Of a stretch of 64,000 nucleotides of DNA, positions 50,169 to 59,573 are shown piece after piece. The stretch covers positions 78,677-142,676 of the forward strand of contig CAZYQE010000001.1 in the NCBI GenBank assembly GCA_964650315.1, in the 5' to 3' direction. The position numbers and the translations under genes were made by a program. Origin of the DNA: an uncultured Muribaculaceae bacterium. GTDB taxonomy: Bacteria > Bacillota_I > Bacilli_A > RF39 > UBA660. Every line of letters starts with the position of its first letter. Within the stretch, counting starts at the first letter, position 1. Below the pieces are notes generated by a model. The model was not told the origin of the DNA. It worked only from the letters and a program-made list of their open reading frames with translations, and made no database searches.

Positions 50169-50566
50169 TAAGAAACATCTCCAATACTAGGTATTACATT
50201 AATATATTGAATAATAGTTATAGAGCAACAAATAGATATAGTATATTCTTGCCTCATATTTCCTTTTATAGCTTCTAATTTATATTCTGTAAATTTAGGT
50301 ACCTCTTCATCATTAGAAATAGCTCTAGGAGCAGGAAGTACTATATCATTAATCATTCCAGAATTATCTGTTTTTCCTTCATAAAAAATAACATTATTAT
50401 TACCAATTACTTTACTAACTCTTATATTAATATCACTAACAGGTATTGCTTCATTAATAGAAGAAGCACGTATTTTTAAATAACCAAATCCTGGATTATT
50501 ATTAATAAACTCTAAATAACTAGAATCATCTTTTAATACTTCATCATCTATATATACATCTTTCAT
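50168..50566 (-). CDS. Stand-alone SleC pre-pro-region homolog
   Basis: GYLKI..AIP..TDNSG..IVLPAP..EYKLEA matches the clostridial SleC N-terminal extension as recalled; TAATG coupling to sleC. Confidence 0.7.
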   Translation of the reverse strand: MKDVYIDDEVLKDDSSYLEFINNNPGFGYLKIRASSINEAIPVSDINIRVSKVIGNNNVIFYEGKTDNSGMINDIVLPAPRAISNDEEVPKFTEYKLEAIKGNMRQEYTISICCSITIIQYINVIPSIGDVS

Positions 50567-50576
50567 ATAATCACCT

Positions 50577-51242
50577 CTATATCTTTAATATTTGACCAAT
50601 AGATAAATTAGTATTTTTTAAATTATTTTTACTAATTAAATCATTAACAGTAGTATTAAATTTCTTAGAAATAGAATACAGGCTATCTCCCTTTTTAACA
50701 GTATAAGTATTAGTAGTAGGACTGTAACTACTACCAAAACATTCTTCAATAACAATATTATCAGTTCTTATTTTTAATACTTGTCCAATAAATAAATTAT
50801 TAGTATTTAAAGCATTATCTTGTATTATAGTATCCACACTAATATTATTGTTTTTAGCAATACTATATAAATTATCTCCTTTTTTAACAGTATAATTAAT
50901 AAAAGAAGGAGGCATAGTAGTAACAGATTCATTAGTCTCAGGTATTCTTAAAGTTTGACCTATAGATAAATTAGTACTCTTTAAATTATTTAATTTTATA
51001 ATTTCATTTACTGTAGTATTATAAATCCTAGCAATAGAATACAAACTATCTCCTTTTTTAACAGTATAATAAAACATATTAGATGGATTAGTTCCACTAT
51101 TAGTAGGTATTTTTAATACTTGACCAACTTTTATATTAGAATTAGTTAAATTATTTAAGTTATAAATATCCATTGCAGATACTCCAAATTGTTTACTTAT
51201 ACCATAAATAGTATCTCCAGCTTTAACAGTATATTCCCTCAT
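50577..51242 (-). CDS. Four-LysM peptidoglycan-binding protein without signal peptide (likely spore-associated)
   Basis: Four YTVKxGD(S/T/N)(L/I)Y..IGQxLxI repeats; sigma-E-like GTCAAAAT-14-CATATACT promoter at 51260-51289 (minus). Confidence 0.88.
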   Translation of the reverse strand: MREYTVKAGDTIYGISKQFGVSAMDIYNLNNLTNSNIKVGQVLKIPTNSGTNPSNMFYYTVKKGDSLYSIARIYNTTVNEIIKLNNLKSTNLSIGQTLRIPETNESVTTMPPSFINYTVKKGDNLYSIAKNNNISVDTIIQDNALNTNNLFIGQVLKIRTDNIVIEECFGSSYSPTTNTYTVKKGDSLYSISKKFNTTVNDLISKNNLKNTNLSIGQILKI

Positions 51243-51319
51243 ATTTTCACCTCTAAATAAGTATATGTATAAGGTCTATCTATTTTGACAAAATAGGGCA
51301 TTTATGGTATTATTAATAT

Positions 51320-51426
51320 GTCAAGGAAACTTGCATACAATAAAAAAGGAACACTTAATTTTGCCGGTTGAGTGTTGCCATAAATTTGGTTTCACCTAAC
51401 TAAGCATTAGTTAGGTGATTTCTTTT
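51320..51426 (+). ncRNA. Putative type I antitoxin sRNA
   Basis: TTGACA-17-TATTAT promoter with TG extension (51285-51313); no substantial ORF; 12-bp terminator TCACCTAACTAA/TTAGTTAGGTGA plus T run; antisense to the toxin mRNA 3' region. Confidence 0.65.
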
Positions 51427-51508
51427 ATATTAGTACTGTAAAAAGCAATAATATTAAAAGCAAGATAGTAGTGATTAATGAAAGAATTAAAAAATCTTTC
51501 TTAGTCAT
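51425..51508 (-). CDS. Putative type I toxin, 27-aa hydrophobic peptide MTKKDFLILSLITTILLLILLLFTVLI (not in ORF track)
   Basis: SD GGGAGG; TTGTTT-17-TATACT promoter (51570-51598, minus); single TM helix; 5'/3' UTR complementarity. Confidence 0.7.
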   Translation of the reverse strand: MTKKDFLILSLITTILLLILLLFTVLI

Positions 51509-51665
51509 ATTATCGCCTCCCTTCATGATGAAGTTTGGCATCACCCAACTATTAAGTATTCCTAATTAAAGTATACTACTTATATACATCAAAAACAATC
51601 GAACAAACAAAGATATTTGTTCTTTTTTTATATAAAAAAACATAATAACTAACTAGAGGTGACTT

Positions 51666-53570
51666 ATGTTTTTTAAAAGAATTGATGAGCGAATTAGATT
51701 AGTATTTTTAATTATGTTATTACTATTTATTTTTATAATACTTAGAGTATTTTATATACAAATGGTAGATTATAAAAAACTAAATAAATATGCATCAGAT
51801 CTTTGGAGTAGAAATTTACCTATAGAAGCTAATAGAGGAAAAATTCTAGATAGAAATGGAGAAGTACTAGCTGATAATTTAACTACTACATCTTTAGTTT
51901 TAATACCTAATCAAATAAAAAACAAAAGAGAGGTTACTAAAGATTTAAGTAATATTTTAAATATTAGTTATAAGGACATGAAAAAACATGTTTATAAAAA
52001 TACTTCTATAGAAAGAGTTCATCCTGAAGGTAGAAGATTATCTTTTGAAGTTGCAGACAAAATATCTAATTTAGATTATGATGGAGTATATTTAGTAAAA
52101 GAATCTAAAAGAAATTATCCTAATAAAAACATTTTATCTCATACTTTAGGTTATGTTGGAATAGATAATCAAGGACTTTCTGGACTAGAGTTAGAATATA
52201 ATAAATATTTAACTGGTAAAAGTGGTGCGATTAAATATTTTTCTGATGCGAAAGGTAATAAACTTAATTTAAGTGATATTTATGTAGAACCTCAAGATGG
52301 ATTAAATATAAATTTAACTATTGATATTAATATACAAAAAAGTATAGAAAGAGAACTTAATAATGTAGTAGATATGTTTAAACCAGAAATGGCACTTGCT
52401 ATTGTAATGGATCCTAATACTGGAGAAATACTAGGTATGGCATCTCGTCCTGACTATGATCCAAATAACTATCAAAAGTTTTCTAAAAAAACATTAAGTA
52501 GAAATTTACCTATATGGGCATCTTATGAACCAGGATCAACTTTTAAAGTAATCACAACTTCAGCTGCAGTAGAAGAAAAAGTAGTTAATTTATTTAAAGA
52601 TAAATTTTATGATAGTGGTAGTGTTAACGTAGATGGATCAATTTTAAAATGTTGGAAAGCAGGAGGTCATGGAGAACAAACTTTTCTTCAAGTACTACAA
52701 AACTCTTGTAACCCAGGGTTTGTAAAGATGGGACAATTACTTGGTAAAGAAAGATTATTTAAATACATTAACAAGTTTGGTTTTGGAAATAAAACAGGAA
52801 TTGATTTAAATGGAGAAGGCCAAGGTATAATATTTAAACTTAATCAAGTAGGTAATGTAGAGTTAGCTACTAGTGCTTTTGGTCAAGGAGTTAGTGTTAC
52901 TCCTATACAACAAGTATCAGCTGTTTCTGCAGTCGTAAATGGAGGTTATTTAAATAGACCATTTATAGTAAAAAGTATTTCTGAAAAAGAGTCTAATAGT
53001 ATTATTAAAGAATATAAAAAGAAAAAACTTAGAAAAGTAATAAGTAAAAGAACTTCTTCTATTATGAGATATGGATTAGAAAGTGTAGTTGCTAAAGGTG
53101 GAGGGAAAAGCGCATACATTGAAGGTTATAGAATAGGAGGTAAAACAGGTACTGCTCAAAAAGTTAAAGATGGTAAATATCTAGATAATAATTATATTAT
53201 GTCTTTTATGGCAGTAGTTCCTTCTAACAATCCAAAAGCGGTTCTATATTTAGCAATTGACAACCCTAAAGATACTGCAATGCTTTCAAGTTACACAACA
53301 ACACCAATTGCTAGAAGAATTCTTCTAGATATTATAGAAGCACTACATATTAAAAAGCAAAAAGGAGAACTTACTAAAGATTTAGAATGGAGTGATAAAC
53401 CTACTTATAAAGTACCTAATTTAATAGGTAAAAATGTAAAAACTATAAAGAAAAAAATTAAACATTTTCATATAGAATATTCAGGTACTGGTAATACTAT
53501 AGTAGCTCAATCACCTAATCCAAAAGAGAAATTAGAAGAAGAAGGTACTATAAGAGTATTATTGAAATAA
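51666..53570 (+). CDS. spoVD: Sporulation-specific PBP SpoVD
   Basis: LWSRNLPIEANRGKILDRNG, EPGSTFK, NSCNPGF, KTGTAQK, single PASTA; second class B PBP in dcw order. Confidence 0.88.
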   Translation: MFFKRIDERIRLVFLIMLLLFIFIILRVFYIQMVDYKKLNKYASDLWSRNLPIEANRGKILDRNGEVLADNLTTTSLVLIPNQIKNKREVTKDLSNILNISYKDMKKHVYKNTSIERVHPEGRRLSFEVADKISNLDYDGVYLVKESKRNYPNKNILSHTLGYVGIDNQGLSGLELEYNKYLTGKSGAIKYFSDAKGNKLNLSDIYVEPQDGLNINLTIDINIQKSIERELNNVVDMFKPEMALAIVMDPNTGEILGMASRPDYDPNNYQKFSKKTLSRNLPIWASYEPGSTFKVITTSAAVEEKVVNLFKDKFYDSGSVNVDGSILKCWKAGGHGEQTFLQVLQNSCNPGFVKMGQLLGKERLFKYINKFGFGNKTGIDLNGEGQGIIFKLNQVGNVELATSAFGQGVSVTPIQQVSAVSAVVNGGYLNRPFIVKSISEKESNSIIKEYKKKKLRKVISKRTSSIMRYGLESVVAKGGGKSAYIEGYRIGGKTGTAQKVKDGKYLDNNYIMSFMAVVPSNNPKAVLYLAIDNPKDTAMLSSYTTTPIARRILLDIIEALHIKKQKGELTKDLEWSDKPTYKVPNLIGKNVKTIKKKIKHFHIEYSGTGNTIVAQSPNPKEKLEEEGTIRVLLK

Positions 53571-53616
53571 CAAAATCTTTATGTTATAATATTAAGCCAT
53601 CAAGGGGGGTATATAT

Positions 53617-54468
53617 ATGTCTACAAAAAAAGATTTATATACGGCTCAAAGAATAATGGAAGATCCAAATTATAATCGTAAAGATAAAATGTTTCATAAA
53701 GATTCTCCTATCTATGTTAAATCTAATGAGAAAATACAAAACTATCAAAAATACTTAGAAAAAAGAAAAAAAGTATTAAGTGTAATTTCTTCATCAGATC
53801 AATTACTAGATATGATATCTAGTGGTACTAAAGAAATAGACGCTTACGATATAAGTAGATTTCCTAAATATTATATGGGTTTAAAATTCGCAGGAGTACA
53901 GTCTTTAGATAGAGATAAATATATTAATTTCTTTTATGAAGGAGATAAAAGAGCATATTTATATGATAGAATGTATGAAAAAATGAGAGATACTCTAAAT
54001 GATAGAGATAAAGAGTTTTGGGATGGATTATTTAATTTTTATGATTGGAATGAAATATCTAATTCATCATTATTCTCTAACGAAACAATATCAGTATCTG
54101 ATGTTATTAACCAAAATAAATATTTAGATAAAAATCATTATGATGAATTAAAAGATTTAATTACTGATGTAGATGTAGATATATATGAAGGAGATATTTT
54201 AGAAATATCAAAAGTATTTAAAGAAAAATATGATTTAATATATATGTCAAATATTATTAAATATTTATATGAAAATAATTATAATCTTAAAGACTATAAA
54301 AATATGTTAAAAAAATTAAGAATGACTAGAAGTGGAATTAGTTTAACATATTTAAATGGTATAAATGAAGTAATAAGAGATGAGTTTAAAGGTATTGATT
54401 ATAGAATAGAAGAATTTGAAGATTCAAAATCAGGAGTACTAGTTTACAAAAGAAGAAAGAAAAAGTAG
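53617..54468 (+). CDS. DUF3419/BtaA-like SAM-dependent transferase-fold protein
   Basis: KVLSVISSSDQ..IDAYDIS..YYMGLK; YDLIYMSNI. Confidence 0.6.
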   Translation: MSTKKDLYTAQRIMEDPNYNRKDKMFHKDSPIYVKSNEKIQNYQKYLEKRKKVLSVISSSDQLLDMISSGTKEIDAYDISRFPKYYMGLKFAGVQSLDRDKYINFFYEGDKRAYLYDRMYEKMRDTLNDRDKEFWDGLFNFYDWNEISNSSLFSNETISVSDVINQNKYLDKNHYDELKDLITDVDVDIYEGDILEISKVFKEKYDLIYMSNIIKYLYENNYNLKDYKNMLKKLRMTRSGISLTYLNGINEVIRDEFKGIDYRIEEFEDSKSGVLVYKRRKKK

Positions 54469-54514
54469 TACTCTTTTTTATTTATATGATAAAATTAAAT
54501 AAAGGAGTATCTAT

Positions 54515-55993
54515 ATGGAGTATAAGTCAAGTAATGAATTTATAAAAAAAATAGAAACTAATAATTATGAATTAGGTAGTTTTGATATTTATTTGGAAAA
54601 TATAAGAAATATTATAAAGACAAATGAAAATATAGAATTAGAAGAAGTAGATCAATTACTTAGTACTATTCCAACACAGTATAGAGCAGCTATTGTTTCT
54701 AAAAAAGATAATACTTTAATTGGATTCATTGGTGTTTATAATATTGATAATAAGAATAGTAAGGGTAGAGTTTATTTTGAAGTAAATAGAGATTTATCTA
54801 AAGAAGAACAAGAAGAAATATATAATGAGTACTATAAATTTTTAAAGGATACTTTAAATATAGAAAATATAGAAGATAAAAAATATATTAGTCCCAATAA
54901 AGTAGAAAGAGAAACTAGTATAATAAAAGCTTCTAATATAGTTTTACCTAAAAGTAATTTAAAAATAGGTGTTGATGATAAAATATTAGAAGAATATAGG
55001 GAGTATTATGATATTCCTAATTTAAGTATGCCAATTACTATTATGGATGGTGATAATGTTGTTGGTATTGTTGGTTTATCTAATTTACTTTGGGCTAATA
55101 AAAGAGCTAATTTAAATATATTTTTAGATAAGAATATAGATGATGATATAGCAATAGAGTTAGGTAGTAAAATAATAGATGATTATTTAGACTATATTCA
55201 TAGTAGTAGTTTATATAATGTTACTACTTCTGTTAGTGGATCTAATAAAAATATATTAGAGATAATGAATAATAGTAATATGAACTATTATGGAAGTATT
55301 CCATATTCTGAAATGTTTAATGATAAAGTAGAAACTAAATATATGTTTCAACATGTTCCAAATATGAAAAAAGAAAATGGTATATATCTACCAGAAAATA
55401 ATATTTTAAATGCAGATAATGCCATAAAAGAAGAAAAAGAAGTATTAGATTTAAATAATGGTTATAGAGCAATATCCCCTAGAGCATTTGGTAAAGAAAA
55501 TATAGATTTAAAAGAAACAGTAAAAAGTCATATAAATGCATTACAACATAGAGAAGATTTTGCTTCTCCATTAGGTGAAGATAAATACTTTATACAAGAA
55601 GGAAATGGTAAATATGGTATATCTAAAGCTCTAGCGAATTATTCTTATGTTTTATTTGATAGTAATAATAATTATGCAGGATATATAAATATCTTAAGAG
55701 AAAATGCTAATCATAAGAATGCAGAAATAGAAATAGGTATTAAACCAGAAATTCAACATATGGGATTAGGTAAAGAATTATTAAATAGTTTTTATAATGA
55801 ATTATTTAGAAGAGGTTATGCTAGTGTTACAAGTGCTATATTTGAATTTAATAAACCATCTTTAAAACTACATGAAAAAGTTGCTGAGTTTAATGGTACT
55901 AGAATAGATTCATATTTTATTAATGGCAGACTTTGGGATATGAATTTTTATAGTAAAGTTAATCCAGAATTAGAAAGTAGTAAAGTTAAATAG
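54515..55993 (+). CDS. Multi-domain GNAT (RimJ/RimL-like) acetyltransferase, about three domains
   Basis: Three units (LIGFIGVYNID..KG; VVGIVGLSNL..KRA; YAGYINI..NAEIEIGIKPEIQHMGLG..NKPSLKLHEK). Confidence 0.7.
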   Translation: MEYKSSNEFIKKIETNNYELGSFDIYLENIRNIIKTNENIELEEVDQLLSTIPTQYRAAIVSKKDNTLIGFIGVYNIDNKNSKGRVYFEVNRDLSKEEQEEIYNEYYKFLKDTLNIENIEDKKYISPNKVERETSIIKASNIVLPKSNLKIGVDDKILEEYREYYDIPNLSMPITIMDGDNVVGIVGLSNLLWANKRANLNIFLDKNIDDDIAIELGSKIIDDYLDYIHSSSLYNVTTSVSGSNKNILEIMNNSNMNYYGSIPYSEMFNDKVETKYMFQHVPNMKKENGIYLPENNILNADNAIKEEKEVLDLNNGYRAISPRAFGKENIDLKETVKSHINALQHREDFASPLGEDKYFIQEGNGKYGISKALANYSYVLFDSNNNYAGYINILRENANHKNAEIEIGIKPEIQHMGLGKELLNSFYNELFRRGYASVTSAIFEFNKPSLKLHEKVAEFNGTRIDSYFINGRLWDMNFYSKVNPELESSKVK

Positions 55994-56011
55994 TATTTAG
56001 GAGTTGATAAA

Positions 56012-56752
56012 ATGAAACCAACTATTGGGGTTGTACCAAGATATAAAAAGCTAGAAACTGATGTAGCTGTAGTTTATATATCAGAAAGGACAAGAAGATC
56101 ATTACAAAAGGCAGGAGCTAATGTTAATTTAATAATGCCTGTTCAGGATATAGATAATATAGATTCTAAAACAGATGAATTTAAAGAATTTAGTATAGAA
56201 GAGAAAAAATCAATAGATGATATATTAGATAATTGTGATGCATTACTAATACCAGGAGGTTCTAAATCTACTCCATATGATAGATATCTTTTAGAACAAG
56301 CTATAATAAGAAAAATGCCTGTATTAGGTATTTGTTTAGGTATGCAAGTAATGAGTTTTTATAAAGAAAATATTGAATTAAAAGATATTAACTCTAATAT
56401 TAATCATTATCCAAATAATGAAATAAATCAAATAGCTCATAAAATCAAAATAGATAAAAATTCTAAGTTATTTAACTTAATAGGTGAAGAAGAGATAGAC
56501 GTAAATAGTTTTCATAGAAAATGTATAACTAAAAATAGTATTTATAATAATGTTGCTGCTAGTGAAGATGGTGTTATAGAAGCTATAGAATTACCTGGAG
56601 ATGTATTTAATATAGGAGTACAATGGCATCCAGAAATTAATTATGATTTTGATATCAATTCAAGAATTATAATGAATGGTTTTGTAGAAGCAGCAAAAAT
56701 ATATAAAGAAAATAAAAATAAAGAATTAGTAACTATGGGGGAAATAATATGA
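56012..56752 (+). CDS. Peptidase C26 / PuuD-like glutamine amidotransferase
   Basis: LIPGG, GICLGMQ, VNSFH, GVQWHPE. Confidence 0.9.
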   Translation: MKPTIGVVPRYKKLETDVAVVYISERTRRSLQKAGANVNLIMPVQDIDNIDSKTDEFKEFSIEEKKSIDDILDNCDALLIPGGSKSTPYDRYLLEQAIIRKMPVLGICLGMQVMSFYKENIELKDINSNINHYPNNEINQIAHKIKIDKNSKLFNLIGEEEIDVNSFHRKCITKNSIYNNVAASEDGVIEAIELPGDVFNIGVQWHPEINYDFDINSRIIMNGFVEAAKIYKENKNKELVTMGEII

Positions 56753-57324
56753 GAATAGGCGTAGATATAGATGGAGTTTTAACTGATGAACATCAATATA
56801 TAATAGATCATGGATCAAAGTATTTTTCTGATCACAATAGAGAATATAGTATTAATTATAATGGCAGTGATTTTTGTGAAGTATTTAATGCAAGTGAAGA
56901 AGAATGTAGTGATTTTTATGATGATAGATTAGTTGATTACTTAGATTATGTACATATGAGAGATTATGCTAGTGAAGTAATTAATAAATTAAAAGATGAA
57001 TCTCATGAAATATATTTTATAACAGCTAGGTATTTACCAAAATTTGAATATGAAAGTCAATTGACTATTCAAGATAAAACAAAAAATTGGTTAAAGAAAA
57101 ATAATGTTAAGTATGATGATGTTATATTTAATTATAAAAAAGCAGATGTTGTAAAAGAATTAAATATTGATTTAATGATAGAAGATCATGTAAAAAATAT
57201 AGAAGAAATTTCTAAAATCATACCAGTATTTTGTTATGATCATCCATATAATAGAGAAGTTAATAATGATAATATAACTAGAGTATATAGTTGGTATGAT
57301 ATATATGATAAAATAAATAATTGA
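56749..57324 (+). CDS. HAD-superfamily 5'(3')-nucleotidase-like protein
   Basis: GVDIDGVL, FITAR, MIEDH, HPYN. Confidence 0.85.
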   Translation: MRIGVDIDGVLTDEHQYIIDHGSKYFSDHNREYSINYNGSDFCEVFNASEEECSDFYDDRLVDYLDYVHMRDYASEVINKLKDESHEIYFITARYLPKFEYESQLTIQDKTKNWLKKNNVKYDDVIFNYKKADVVKELNIDLMIEDHVKNIEEISKIIPVFCYDHPYNREVNNDNITRVYSWYDIYDKINN

Positions 57325-57334
57325 AGGTGATTAT

Positions 57335-58438
57335 ATGAAAAAAGTAGTAATTGGCATGTCTGGTGGTGTAGATAGTAGTGTTGCTGCTATTATATTACAG
57401 AAACAAGGTTATGAAGTAATTGGGTTATTTATGAGAAATTGGGACTCTTTAGCAGATGGAGAGATAGATGGGGCTCCAACTACTGAACAAGGTATTTGTC
57501 CACAAGAAGTTGATTATAAAGATGCAAAAAAAGTTTGTGAAAAACTAAATATTCCACTACATAGAAAAGATTTTATTAAAGAATACTGGGATTATGTATT
57601 TACATACTTTTTAGATGAATTAAAAAAGGGGCGTACTCCAAATCCAGATATTATGTGTAATAAATATATAAAGTTTGATATGTTCAAACAAGAAGCAGAA
57701 AAACTAGGAGCAGATTATATTGCTACTGGTCATTATGCTAGAATTAAAGATGGGAAATTATTAAGAGGAGTAGATAGTAATAAAGATCAAACTTATTTCT
57801 TATGTCAAGTAAGTAAAGACCAATTTAAAAATGTATTATTTCCAATAGGAGATATGAATAAAAGTGAAGTAAGAAAGATTGCAGAAGAATATGATTTAGT
57901 AACAGCAGATAAAAAAGATTCTACAGGAATATGTTTTATTGGAGAAAGAAATTTTAGAAACTTTTTAAAAAATTATTTACCAAATCAGCCAGGTGAGATT
58001 GTTAATATAGATACTAATGAAGTAGTTGGTAAGCATGTAGGTTTAATGAATTATACTATTGGTCAAAGAAGAGGTCTAAATATTGGTGGTACTAAAGATA
58101 GAATGTTTGTAGTAGGAAAAGATTTAGATAAAAACATATTATATATTTGTACTGGTAACGAAGATTATTTAATTAGTGATAGTTGTATAATTAATGAAAT
58201 AAATTATCTAGGTGATGAGAAGATTACTAAATGTAGTGCTAAATTTAGATATAGATCTAATGATGTAGAAGTTGAACTTGAATGGTTAGATAATAATGAA
58301 ATATTAGTAAAATATCCACAAGGTTTTAAATCAGTTACTCCAGGACAAGCATGTGTTTTATATAATGGTGAAGAATGTCTTGGTGGAGGAATTATTAAAG
58401 AAGTTAGAAAAAATAATGAAAAACTTTGGTATTTATAA
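57335..58438 (+). CDS. mnmA: tRNA 2-thiouridine(34) synthase
   Basis: MSGGVDSS, TPNPDIMCN, ATGHY, KDQTYFL, DSTGICFIG, TPGQ. Confidence 0.97.
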   Translation: MKKVVIGMSGGVDSSVAAIILQKQGYEVIGLFMRNWDSLADGEIDGAPTTEQGICPQEVDYKDAKKVCEKLNIPLHRKDFIKEYWDYVFTYFLDELKKGRTPNPDIMCNKYIKFDMFKQEAEKLGADYIATGHYARIKDGKLLRGVDSNKDQTYFLCQVSKDQFKNVLFPIGDMNKSEVRKIAEEYDLVTADKKDSTGICFIGERNFRNFLKNYLPNQPGEIVNIDTNEVVGKHVGLMNYTIGQRRGLNIGGTKDRMFVVGKDLDKNILYICTGNEDYLISDSCIINEINYLGDEKITKCSAKFRYRSNDVEVELEWLDNNEILVKYPQGFKSVTPGQACVLYNGEECLGGGIIKEVRKNNEKLWYL

Positions 58439-58538
58439 TTTACAAAGTGATTATGTAAACTTTTGTCTAAATTAGTTTATTCTTTCATATTGTATAATTA
58501 TTTATGATATAATATTTCAGAGGAATGGAGATGAAAAA

Positions 58539-59519
58539 ATGCTATTATTAACTAAAGCAATTGTTGCTATAATGTTGGGATTTTTATCATCAGCAGTATT
58601 AGGACTAATTTTAGTTCCATTATTAAAAAAATTAAAAGTAGGTCAAAAAATAAGTGTTTTTGTAAGAGATGCACATCGTAAAAAAGAAGGAACACCTACT
58701 ATGGGTGGTTTAATATTTATTATTCCTACTGTATTTGTAGTATTGTTTTTATTACTTACTCATAAAATAGCATATACATCTAATTTAGGAATAGTATTAT
58801 TAGTATTTATTGGGTATGCATGTATTGGTTTCTTGGATGATTTTTTATCTATTAGAAGAGGTAAAAATGAAGGATTAACAGATTATCAGAAACTATTAAT
58901 GCAAGTATTAATTGCGATAGGATTTTTCTATATCTATATGAAAAATGGTGGTCAAACATCATGGGTTGTTGGAACACTTCATTTAGATTTAGAAATGAGT
59001 TGGTTATATGGATTATTTATACTATTCGTATTAGTTGGAGCATCTAATGCAGTGAATTTAACTGATGGATTAGATGGACTGGCTGGAGGATTATCAGCTA
59101 TTGCCTTTATTGCTTTTAGTTTGATATCTTTAATGGTTGGTTTTGAAGATATTGGAGTATTTGGTTTAATATTAGTTGGTAGTATAGTAGGATTCTTAAT
59201 ATATAATACACATCCAGCTAAGATATTTATGGGAGATACTGGTTCTCTAGCTCTAGGAGCCGCTATGGGAGCAATCGCAATTCTAACTCATAGAGAATTA
59301 ACTTTATTAGTAGTTGCAGGTATCTTTGTTATTGAAACATTAAGTGTTATTATTCAAGTAATTTGGTTATATTTATTTAAGAAAAAATTATTCTTAATGA
59401 CACCACTACATCATCATTTTGAAAAACTAGGATGGAGTGAGACTGATATAGTTAAATTATTCTGGGTAGGCGGATTAATCCTTGCTATGGCAGGAATAAT
59501 ATTTGGTGTTTGGTTATAA
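58539..59519 (+). CDS. mraY: Phospho-N-acetylmuramoyl-pentapeptide transferase
   Basis: KEGTPTMGG, GFLDD, NAVNLTDGLDGL, FMGDTGS, PLHHHFE. Confidence 0.97.
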   Translation: MLLLTKAIVAIMLGFLSSAVLGLILVPLLKKLKVGQKISVFVRDAHRKKEGTPTMGGLIFIIPTVFVVLFLLLTHKIAYTSNLGIVLLVFIGYACIGFLDDFLSIRRGKNEGLTDYQKLLMQVLIAIGFFYIYMKNGGQTSWVVGTLHLDLEMSWLYGLFILFVLVGASNAVNLTDGLDGLAGGLSAIAFIAFSLISLMVGFEDIGVFGLILVGSIVGFLIYNTHPAKIFMGDTGSLALGAAMGAIAILTHRELTLLVVAGIFVIETLSVIIQVIWLYLFKKKLFLMTPLHHHFEKLGWSETDIVKLFWVGGLILAMAGIIFGVWL

Positions 59520-59573
59520 AGACTTTAAAGTCTTTTTTTTTATGTTCCTAAATATAATTAATTAGGTGATTAC

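Noticed and set aside
39078-51598. Block interrupting the dcw cluster as a prophage or genomic island
   Set aside because: No integrase, transposase, phage genes or flanking direct repeats seen; it contains housekeeping and spore genes of similar composition.
6718-55993. Terminal Lys/Arg residues on orphan proteins as a signal on their own
   Set aside because: Core proteins (TruB, S15, PNPase, ThrS) also end in Lys, as expected from AT bias; only the longer PK..VK[KT][LM] motif was kept.
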